This document shows positions 28,226 through 36,688 of a stretch of DNA of 64,000 bases, piece by piece. The stretch's first letter is position 1, and each line of letters starts with the position of its first letter. A program made the translations under genes and the position numbers. The notes under the pieces were generated by a model that had not been told where the DNA came from, searched no databases, and saw nothing but the letters and a program-made list of their open reading frames with translations. This stretch comes from Planctomycetota bacterium (GTDB lineage Bacteria; Planctomycetota; UBA8108; UBA1146): the NCBI GenBank assembly GCA_965661685.1, contig CBFIET010000056.1, forward strand, positions 19,465 to 83,464, written 5' to 3'.

Positions 28226-29302
28226 TTGAGCGGGTCATTTATCGAATCTCTCAAGACCAGTATCGGTAGGGGATCCCACGAGGAATCCCACCATCTCGCC
28301 GTGGCAGTTGCTGCGCCGCTGGAGGGGCCGAGGATCCAGTTCGGCCAGGAGGATCCTGGAACTTACATGAGATCGGTGGCGAAGCCGTTCCAGGCGCTGG
28401 CGATGCTCCGTGAGGGGATCGCCGAGACCTTCTCCCTGACCCCGAGGGAGCTGGCGGTGATCTGCTCCAGCCATGCCGGGGAAAGGACTCATCGCGATCT
28501 GGTCAGGGGGCTGCTTGCCAGGGGAGGACTCTCGAAATCTCATCTCGACTGCGGCATTCACCCTCCCTTCTCTCGCAGTGCTCGACATCGGTTGATCGCC
28601 AGCGGTGAACTGCCCGATGAGACCTGTAGCAACTGTTCGGGAAAGCACTCGGCGATGCTGTTGACCTGTGTCGCTCGCGGCTATCCGGTCGAGGGCTACC
28701 TCGAACCGGATCATCCGCTGCAGAAGTCGATCCGCGCGCTGCTGGAACTTTTCTCGGGGGAGTCGCTCGACCAGTCAAGTACTGGAATCGATGGCTGCGG
28801 TGCGCCTACCTACTTCATGCCCCTGGCATCGATCGCGCGTGCCTTTCAGCGCCTACACGACTCCGAATTCTTGCAACGAAGTGGACTCGATGATCGAGTC
28901 TCCCAGATTCACGATGCCATCGATAGCCATCCGAAAGCGTTCAGCGGTGAGGGACGTCTGCCGCTGCGGTGGAGTCGCTTCTTTCGTGGCAGGATGCGTG
29001 CCAAGGAGGGCGCGGAAGGAGTCATGTCGATCTGGGGTTCCCAGGGATCGCTCATCATCAAATCCTTCGATGGAGATGATCGTGGGCTGGTCCACACCAT
29101 CCCACAGTTACTTCACCGATTGCACTGGATCGATGATTCGACCCTCGAGCAATGGAAATTGGATCAGCCCGCACTGGTGAGAAATGTCGCAGGAAGAATC
29201 GTTGGCAAGATCCGCGTCGAGATTCCCGAGCCGGTGATCGTGTCACAGGACTACATCTCGCGGGAACGCCCGGGGAGCGGTGTTTCGAGGTACAACTTCT
29301 GA
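28226..29302 (+). CDS. L-asparaginase II family (Rhizobium AnsA-type, class 3)
   Basis: RSVAKPFQA, CSSHAGE, NCSGKH, DGCGAP, AKEGAEG motifs. Confidence 0.88.
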   Translation: MSGSFIESLKTSIGRGSHEESHHLAVAVAAPLEGPRIQFGQEDPGTYMRSVAKPFQALAMLREGIAETFSLTPRELAVICSSHAGERTHRDLVRGLLARGGLSKSHLDCGIHPPFSRSARHRLIASGELPDETCSNCSGKHSAMLLTCVARGYPVEGYLEPDHPLQKSIRALLELFSGESLDQSSTGIDGCGAPTYFMPLASIARAFQRLHDSEFLQRSGLDDRVSQIHDAIDSHPKAFSGEGRLPLRWSRFFRGRMRAKEGAEGVMSIWGSQGSLIIKSFDGDDRGLVHTIPQLLHRLHWIDDSTLEQWKLDQPALVRNVAGRIVGKIRVEIPEPVIVSQDYISRERPGSGVSRYNF

Positions 29303-29541
29303 CACGGAGGGCACAGGTCAAAGTTGAACTCGCGATGGACCTGATCCTGAGCCTCTTTTTCCGAGAGGTGTTCGACCTTCTTGAGGAGATCGGACCATTC
29401 TCCGTCCCCCGACCGCTTCAGATCATCCCGTGAAATCTCCATCGGGTCGTAGGCCGCCTGTACCACGATCTTGACGGTGTAGCGGACCTCCTCGTCGATG
29501 AGAAGACTCTTGCTGCAGCGATCGCACGAGATTCCATCCAA
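29251..29541 (-). CDS. Small conserved hypothetical protein with two CxxC motifs (probable Zn binding)
   Basis: CDRC at the N-terminus, FDLCPPC at the C-terminus; contiguous with the glycosyltransferase operon. Confidence 0.7.
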   Translation of the reverse strand: MDGISCDRCSKSLLIDEEVRYTVKIVVQAAYDPMEISRDDLKRSGDGEWSDLLKKVEHLSEKEAQDQVHREFNFDLCPPCQKLYLETPLPGRSREM

Positions 29542-29545
29542 CGAT

Positions 29546-30334
29546 CTACCCCTTTTCGTGCTGGCAGCATGACGGATGTTTGGTAGCGCGTCGAGATCCG
29601 AGCAGTCCTTCGAAAAGGATGATCGACATGATCTTGTAGCCTGCTCGAATCGAACCGATGAGGGTGCCGGAGATCTTCGAACGCCCGATGCGTCGCCGGT
29701 AGGGTACGGCGATCTCGTGGACCGGCCAGCCCAGTCGTGCCGCCTTGACCTGCATCTCCACCGTCCAGCCGAAATCGGGATCCTGCATCTGCAGCGCCTT
29801 CAGCTGGTCGCGACGGATGGCACGGAAGGGGCCCAGATCCCGATAGCGGACCCCGAAGAGCCAGCGGATCAGGGTGGTGGCGATGGCGTTTCCGATCCGC
29901 TGCTGCACAGTCAGCGCTCCCCGTTCTCGATCCCCATCGACGCGACTCCCCAGGACCAGGGGGGTCTCTCCTCGCACGATGGGATCGATCAGTCGTGGCA
30001 GTTGAGATGGATCGTCGGAGGCATCCCCATCGAGAAAGACGATGATCTGTCGATCTTCAGTGGAATCGAACGATTCTTCCGAATCGAGCTCATCGATGTC
30101 TGCCAGGGCAGCGAGACAGGCGGAGCCGTATCCTCGACGGGGAGCATCGACGACCCGGGCTCCCCGCAGTCGCGCGATCTGTGCGGTGCGGTCGACGGAG
30201 CCATTGTCGCCGACATGGATCGAGTCGACCCATCGGGCTGGAATGGTATCGAGGACGGTACCGATCGCCTGCTCCTCATCGAGGGCAGGGATCACCACCC
30301 TCACCTTCCAGGAGGGAACCTCCTGAGGGCTCAA
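29546..30334 (-). CDS. Glycosyltransferase family 2
   Basis: VVIPALDEE, DNGSVD, GYGSAC, FLDGD, DLGPFRAI, GWTVEMQ, GRSKISG. Confidence 0.92.
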   Translation of the reverse strand: MSPQEVPSWKVRVVIPALDEEQAIGTVLDTIPARWVDSIHVGDNGSVDRTAQIARLRGARVVDAPRRGYGSACLAALADIDELDSEESFDSTEDRQIIVFLDGDASDDPSQLPRLIDPIVRGETPLVLGSRVDGDRERGALTVQQRIGNAIATTLIRWLFGVRYRDLGPFRAIRRDQLKALQMQDPDFGWTVEMQVKAARLGWPVHEIAVPYRRRIGRSKISGTLIGSIRAGYKIMSIILFEGLLGSRRATKHPSCCQHEKG

Positions 30335-31179
30335 AGATCGAGTTCCGGAATCTCCCGGACGCAGCGGATCAGCGGCAGCAGGTGCTCGATGAAATCCTCG
30401 AGGCGGTTCAGTGGTAGGGCGTTGGGTCCATCGCAGAGAGCGTTGTCCGGATCGGGGTGAACTTCCAGGAAGAAACCGTCGGCACCGGCAGCAGCCGCAG
30501 CTCTGGCCAGGACCGGGATGAAGTGTCGCTCACCGCCGGAAACTCCTTCCGGTCCACCGGGGGTCTGGACGCTGTGGGTGGCATCGAAGATCAATGCAGC
30601 TCCCGTCGCCTGGCTCTGGGGGATGGCTCTGAAGTCGTTGACGAGACGGTGATATCCGAAGGAGGATCCTCGTTCGGTGACCCACACATCGGAGGCCCCT
30701 GCATCTTGCAGTACCTGGACGCGGGCGGCGATGTCCCAGGGTGACAGGAACTGTCCCTTCTTCAGATTGATCACCTTGCCGGTGGCGGCAGCGACCTCCA
30801 GCAGCGAGTTCTGACGGCACAGAAACGCCGGAATCTGGATCACATCCACCACTTCGCCAGCGATCCGTGCCTGTTCCTCGCTGTGAACATCGGTGGTCAG
30901 GGGAAGACCGGTTTCCTCGGCGATTCTCGCCAGCGTCTCGAGTCCCTTTTCCAGGCCGGGACCACGAAATGAGGAGGAACTCGATCGATTCGCCTTCTCG
31001 TAACTCGCCTTGTAGATCACCGACAGGTTGCGGGCATCGGCGACGCTTGCGATGGTCTGGGCGACCTCCATGGCGAATCCAGCATCCTCGATCACGTCCG
31101 GTCCGAGGATCCAGACCGGTGCATCGACGCTTCCATCCGCCACGGAGAAGTGATCCCGGAGAAGTTGCACGACTACCAC
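30331..31179 (-). CDS. kdsA: KDO-8-phosphate synthase
   Basis: KASYEKANRSS, QIPAFLCRQ, NLKKGQF, ERGSSFGY, FDATHSVQ, EVHPDPDNALCDG. Confidence 0.96.
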   Translation of the reverse strand: MVVVQLLRDHFSVADGSVDAPVWILGPDVIEDAGFAMEVAQTIASVADARNLSVIYKASYEKANRSSSSSFRGPGLEKGLETLARIAEETGLPLTTDVHSEEQARIAGEVVDVIQIPAFLCRQNSLLEVAAATGKVINLKKGQFLSPWDIAARVQVLQDAGASDVWVTERGSSFGYHRLVNDFRAIPQSQATGAALIFDATHSVQTPGGPEGVSGGERHFIPVLARAAAAAGADGFFLEVHPDPDNALCDGPNALPLNRLEDFIEHLLPLIRCVREIPELDL

Positions 31180-31312
31180 CCTTCCGTGGTCTGACCCGGG
31201 GAACTCCTCAGGTCGTCAGATCGTAGGATATCCGTCAGGGGAGCCTGCATCCAAGCAAGGCGTGTCGCACCCCCGATTCTGTCATGATAAGATTTCGCCG
31301 CAGGAGGGCCAG

Positions 31313-31588
31313 ATGTCCGAAAAGCCGTCGATATTGCTGTACAGTGCCACCTGGTGCCCCGATTGCACCCGGGCGATTCGATTTCTCGAGGAGCACTCCG
31401 TCCACTTCCAGAAGGTCGATATCTCCGAGGATCCGCAGGCCGCTCAACTTCTCGAGGAGAAGACGGGCAAGCGTGGGATACCGTTCCTGGTGGCGGGGGA
31501 TCAGTGGGTTCGAGCGTACACCCCAGGTGGGGGCCCCTTCCCCGCCGATGAAATTCTAGAAGCGGTTCGCTCCTACCAGGAGGACTGA
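31313..31588 (+). CDS. Glutaredoxin/NrdH-like redoxin
   Basis: YSATWCPDC active site, RGIPFL cis-Pro motif; AGGAGG SD. Confidence 0.9.
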   Translation: MSEKPSILLYSATWCPDCTRAIRFLEEHSVHFQKVDISEDPQAAQLLEEKTGKRGIPFLVAGDQWVRAYTPGGGPFPADEILEAVRSYQED

Positions 31589-31592
31589 GCCG

Positions 31593-34466
31593 ATGAGGAG
31601 CCCGTCGATGCACAGGATGTTCGCCCTCTTCTCGCTGATTCTGTTGCTCAGCGCGTTTCCGTTCGTGACCGGCACCTCGACGGTGTTCAGTCAGGATCCC
31701 TTCGATTTTGATGCGATCGGCTTCGATGATGATGCTCCCGTTACTTTTTCCGCCGAGGAGGTGAAGGGAGCAACCGCAGGTTCCGATGTGGTGGTCAAAC
31801 TGGTCGCCACCATCGAACGTGGGTGGCACATCTTCTCCTTCGACAGCGATCCGGAACTGGGGATTCCCACATCGGTGGTGCTGGTCGGTGCCGGAGATCT
31901 CCAGGCTCTCGAGCCGATTCGCGAGCCGAAACCTCACGAGCGTGAGGATCCTCTCGTCGGTGGTTCCATCCTGGAACATGTCGGTCGTGCCCAGTTCGAG
32001 ATTCCACTCAAGGTTCCTGCCGATGCGAAAGAGGGGCCGAGGAAGATCCTCATCGACATCACTTACCAGGCGTGTGATGCCAAGCAGTGTCTTGCGCCCA
32101 CCGTCGCCACGGTGGAAACCACCGTCACCGTCGGAGCGATGGTAGAGGAGCCACAACAACCGGCGGTGAAGACGCTGGTGGTCAGTACCACTGCAGAAGG
32201 TTCACCGGTGAAGTGGACGGCAACCGGAGTGTCGGAGATCGAAGCGGGGCAGACTGTCGAGGTAGAGATCGTGGCTGCCATAGAACGTGGCTGGCACATC
32301 TACGGTGTCGATCTCGATCCGCAGGTGTCGGGGGATCCCACCACCTTCTCGATTCCGCAGGACCACCCCTTCACCATCGGCAAGGTGGTGGAGGTGACCC
32401 CCGCCAGACCGAGGAACGACCCTGTCGCCGGGGGCCTGATCGTCGAACACATTCGCAAGGCGGTTTTCCGCCTGCCCGTGACGATTCCGGCGACGATCCC
32501 CGAAGGGATCGAGCGACTGCCGGTGACGGTGGCGTACAACGTGTGTGATGCGCAGATCTGTCTTCCTCCCGAACGGGTGACGCTGGAGATTCCACTGCTA
32601 CAGGAATCGCTGACCGATTCAACTCCCACGGCGCACCAGGGAGCGGTCGAGGTCTCGCTGATGCAGGAGGTGGATGATGGAGATCTCCGCATCGAGGCGG
32701 GATTCACCGCCCTCAAGGTGCGGGCAGGGGATCCGATCGGCTTCTCGCTACAGGGATCGGTGCAGGAGGGGAAGAGAATCCCCGCCATCCGCAACGACAC
32801 CCGCGGTGCCGCCGAGCAGGCGGGACTGCTCGGAATCATCGTGCTCTCCTTCGGTGGCGCACTGGTGGCACTGCTGACCCCCTGTGTCTATCCGATGATC
32901 CCCATCACCGTCAGTGTCTTCACCAAGCAGGCCCACGAGAGCCGTTCGAGGGTGCTGTGGCTGGCGGGATTGTTTGGCGGAGGGATCGTCGCATCGTTCA
33001 CGGCACTGGGCTTCCTCCTGTCCGCCTTGCTGGGGGAAGAGGGGGCCAACTTCATGGCCACCAACGGATACGTGAACCTGGCCATCGGTCTCCTCTTCGT
33101 CATCTTCGGATTCAGTCTCTTCGGCTACTACGACATCCAGTTGCCGGCGTGGCTGCGCAACCGGGTCGGTGGTGGCGGAGGTGGTGGAGCCGCCAGCGTG
33201 CTGGTGATGGGACTCGTCTTCAGCGTTACCACCTTCACCTGTGTCGGCCCCATCGTCGCCTTCCTGCTGGCACTGGCAGCGGGGGAGGGCCCCGGCTTTG
33301 CTGCGGTGGGAATGCTCGCATTCAGTACCACCCTGGCGATTCCGTTCGTGATGCTGGCTCTCTTCCCCAAGGCGTTGACCGGTTTACCACGATCCGGTGG
33401 CTGGCTGTCGACGGTGAAGGTGATCCTCGGATTCATCGAACTGCTGGCGGCCTGGAAGTTCTTCAGTGCGGTGGCCACCTACTGGAAGTTCGGAGAAGTG
33501 GTCAACCGCGAGGTGATCATGGCGATCTGGGGTCTGACGCTGGTCGCACTGGCACTGAACCTCGTCGGGAAATTACGATTCCCGCACGATTCCCCGGTCA
33601 CGTCGATCTCCTTCGGCCGTGGATTTCTGCTGGCACTGACGGTGACCAGCGCATTCAGTTGCTTCTATGCCACCACCGGCTGGCGTCTCAACGAGAACCT
33701 GGAGGCGCAGCTGCTGGTCCCGAGTGTCCATGCAAAACAACACCTTCCGTGGACGATTCTGGATCGGGATCATCCCCTCGACTTCCGCGAGCAACTGACC
33801 TTGCTGAAGGAAAAATCGCAGGAGGGGAGCAGTACCCCGAGACCGATCTTTCTCAACTTCACCGGCCACACCTGACAGAACTGCAGGCTGATGGAAAATG
33901 GAATTTTCCTGGAGCCGGAAGTCGAGCAGTTGCTCGGCCAGTTCGAACTACTCGAGATTTACAGTGACGATGCCACCAGTGAGGTGGAGGAGAAGTACCG
34001 TGCTCATCAGATCGAGTACTCCGGCTATTACGCAAACCCCACCTACATCGTGCTGGACAGTGCTGACCATCTGGAAGTGGCGAGAGGATCGTTCACCAAC
34101 AGTTCCACCGAGTTCGCCGACTTCCTGAAGGAGGGACTCCTCGATCGTCCCGCCTTCGAGAGTCGTATCCAGCTCGATGGGCTCACCTTCGAGGAAGAGG
34201 GTCATGAGGTGGAGGTGCTGTCCCGGATCAAACCGTGGTCCTTCGCTGGACAGGTCGATAGTCGCTACCGCGACGAGGAGGTGAAGGAACTCGCCTCTAC
34301 CTTCGAGGCCTCTACCACGTTCCGCGTCGGTGACGAACTGGAGGCGGGGGATTACTTCATCCGTCTCCGTTTCGTCGGTGGACTGTACCGGGGAGACGAG
34401 CGGATTCGCACCTTCTCCCTCCCCCTCAAGTTGAAGCTGCAGGTCGAGGCACCACCGAAGATCTGA
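31593..34466 (+). CDS. dsbD: DsbD-like thiol:disulfide interchange protein, candidate selenoprotein (U761 from TGA 33873-33875)
   Basis: Signal peptide; two N-terminal Ig-like domains (YQACDAKQC, YNVCDAQIC); TM domain LTPCVYPMIP/FTCVGP; Trx domain FLNFTGHT-TGA-QNC-RLMEN continuing in frame to TGA 34466; hairpin follows the TGA. Confidence 0.88.
33886..33916 (+). promoter_or_regulatory. Putative bacterial SECIS element of the dsbD-like gene
   Basis: GGCU-gau-GGAAAAU[GGA]AUUUUCC-ugg-AGCC; apical loop starts with G, 24 nt after the UGA. Confidence 0.7.
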
Positions 34467-34621
34467 TCACTCGACTTCGGGGTGCCGATCGATCGTTGCC
34501 AGGTCCGCATCATCTGGCATCTTCCTCCCATCCTGTCCGTAGTCGGTCGCCGTGAACCACCTCTCGATGGCAATCGCTCTCCAACTGCCGACACTATCCG
34601 CGGCGAGGCGCGCGGAGAGGA

Positions 34622-35212
34622 GTGCAGATGCGAGAGATGGAGATCGATGGAGAGGGTTGCCGGGGGAGCGAGCGACAACCACGAAACAGAAGATGGCCCT
34701 GGCAACGGATGACGATGGTGCTGCTCCTGGGAGGGGCATTACTGATCAGTGTCACGATGCGGGAGATGTTGCACGGCCAGGCGGGCGGCGGCGGGGTCCC
34801 GGCGGACCTCGGTTGCGAAGCGGAATGTCCCGGGGTCGGAACCGATGTGAGGGGGATGCGACAGACCCTCTCTCCGGTGTCGAACTCCTGTGAAGGAACG
34901 GCGCTGCAACTGCTGCTCGACCAGCTTGATATCGAGGTGGATCTGCCAGCGGATTCATGTCCCGCCTGGGTTGTCATCGAGCCGGAGCGACGGCTCCCGA
35001 CACAGATCGATGGTTGCTGTCTGATCTCCCGCGAGGACCTTCCGGTGTTTCAGCAGAAGATGCGGTGTCGCTGCACCCGTCGCTTCCTCGTCTGCTGGGA
35101 TCAGGATTGCCTCCCCGATGGAGAAGCGGTGCAGTTGACGTCGCTGGCCAGCTGGGTCGCATCCCCCTGTGCCGGTGGTCAGGGCATCCTTCCCTGCAAC
35201 CGGGGGAGGTAA
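34622..35212 (+). CDS. Cys-rich secreted or membrane-anchored hypothetical protein
   Basis: Hydrophobic segment VLLLGGALLISV, then 12 Cys; stop lies 1 nt before the next ATG; start uncertain. Confidence 0.55.
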   Translation: MQMREMEIDGEGCRGSERQPRNRRWPWQRMTMVLLLGGALLISVTMREMLHGQAGGGGVPADLGCEAECPGVGTDVRGMRQTLSPVSNSCEGTALQLLLDQLDIEVDLPADSCPAWVVIEPERRLPTQIDGCCLISREDLPVFQQKMRCRCTRRFLVCWDQDCLPDGEAVQLTSLASWVASPCAGGQGILPCNRGR

Positions 35213-35213
35213 C

Positions 35214-36638
35214 ATGACGATGGAAAAGCTACATCCTGAGAGGGTGTCGTGGCGCACCAGCGGGCGGTGGAGGTGGCTGCTGCCGCTGTTCCTGGTGGCG
35301 ACACTGCTGAGTGGGCTGATACTGAGTGGGCTGATGCTGAGTGGGGTGCTGCTGAATCGATGGTCACCTCCCCCGGAAAGGCTCACTGCGGGGGATTCGA
35401 TCACCGCTGATCGCGGCGAAGAGGAGATCGATCAACCATCGACAGTGAGGCCGATGGCCTCAGCGCTGCTCTTCCCTCCCGATCGGTCTCCGGTGGTGGC
35501 GCCGACTGCATCCGGCGACGGGGAAGCGGTGGGCGAACCGTGGCGACCGCCCCTCGATGCTCTGGTGGCGGCGGGCTACAGCGGGCACGATCCCTCGGCG
35601 GCCATCATCGATCTGCTCACGGCGCAGCCGGGGATGGGAGATCTTCTTCTGACACTGCTCCTCGAATCGACAGCGGATCAGGATGAGCTGGATGCACTCA
35701 CCGTGGCTCTGGCCAGTGCATTGAATCCGCGATTGTCGGGGGGTGTCGCCTCCGACACCGACGTGCTGTTGCCTGCACAGCTGCAATCGCTGTGGGTCGA
35801 TCGAGATGGCACCATGATGCTGATGGCGGAGTTGTACATCCTCGGGGAGGAGCGTGCCCGTTACTTTCCCCGGTTGCTGGCGGGAGAAGGGATTCTCACG
35901 CCGTGGCACGCCATCGACCTGGCCGCATTGATGGAGCCGGGCTATTTTCGCGAGGCACTGGTCCCCGATCAAAGGCAGCGTTGGTTGCAACTACTGCAAC
36001 TGTGCCTCGATGAGACCAGTGCCGAGGCGGTGGCGGTGGCAGCGGCCTGGACCGACTCTCAGCTCCCTCCCCTGAGGGAACTCGCATTGCAGACAACGGT
36101 CGCCTCCATGGCAGATCGGCCACGGATGGCGTGGGATCGAATCGGGCAAGCTCCCCAGCAGCATCGGATGGCGATGGTGGAATCGGTGTGGCAGCACATC
36201 GACTCGCAACGGTTCGTCGAGTGGCTCGATCTTTCAGCGGATCTGATGCTGGCGCAGGAGTACAGGGGAACTGCACTGCTCGGTGGATTCTCCCGGGTTC
36301 CTCAGCTCGATCTGGAGGATCTGGTTTACTCCCGGGGAGATGAAGGGGATTCGGAGGAGTTTCGAAATCTCGTCATCGAGGCCAGTCAGGGTGCGCTCGG
36401 TGTCGGCGACACCTTTCCTCAGCGGTGGAGAGGGGCCCTGGAATGGATCGCAGTTTCCGACCCGGCCCGGTCGGTCCGGGGACACGCCCTGCGAGTCTGT
36501 GCCCTCAGCTGGCCGGTACACGATCGGGTGCAGTTTGAAAATCTGATCCAGCGCAGTGATGTTGATCTTCGTAGTGCACAAATCGCAGCTTCGATACTCG
36601 ATGCCCGGGGATCGACAGGTTGGAGTCGCGGTGATTGA
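35214..36638 (+). CDS. Membrane-anchored helical hypothetical protein
   Basis: GGGAGG SD, ATG 35214, N-terminal TM, long open frame. Confidence 0.6.
   Translation: MTMEKLHPERVSWRTSGRWRWLLPLFLVATLLSGLILSGLMLSGVLLNRWSPPPERLTAGDSITADRGEEEIDQPSTVRPMASALLFPPDRSPVVAPTASGDGEAVGEPWRPPLDALVAAGYSGHDPSAAIIDLLTAQPGMGDLLLTLLLESTADQDELDALTVALASALNPRLSGGVASDTDVLLPAQLQSLWVDRDGTMMLMAELYILGEERARYFPRLLAGEGILTPWHAIDLAALMEPGYFREALVPDQRQRWLQLLQLCLDETSAEAVAVAAAWTDSQLPPLRELALQTTVASMADRPRMAWDRIGQAPQQHRMAMVESVWQHIDSQRFVEWLDLSADLMLAQEYRGTALLGGFSRVPQLDLEDLVYSRGDEGDSEEFRNLVIEASQGALGVGDTFPQRWRGALEWIAVSDPARSVRGHALRVCALSWPVHDRVQFENLIQRSDVDLRSAQIAASILDARGSTGWSRGD
35307..35351 (+). repeat. In-frame 15-bp tandem repeat x3 lengthening a TM segment (LSGLI LSGLM LSGVL)
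   Basis: CTGAGTGGGCTGATA CTGAGTGGGCTGATG CTGAGTGGGGTGCTG. Confidence 0.8.
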
Positions 36639-36688
36639 GAGCAGGACGAATCAAGACCCGATCTCTCGCTGGAGATGGCGATCACCTG

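Noticed and set aside
33891-34466. Separate 191-aa gene after dsbD, as in the ORF track
   Set aside because: It is in frame with dsbD, its ATG lies inside the Trx motif six codons after the TGA, and it has no SD; it is better read as the C-terminal part of one protein
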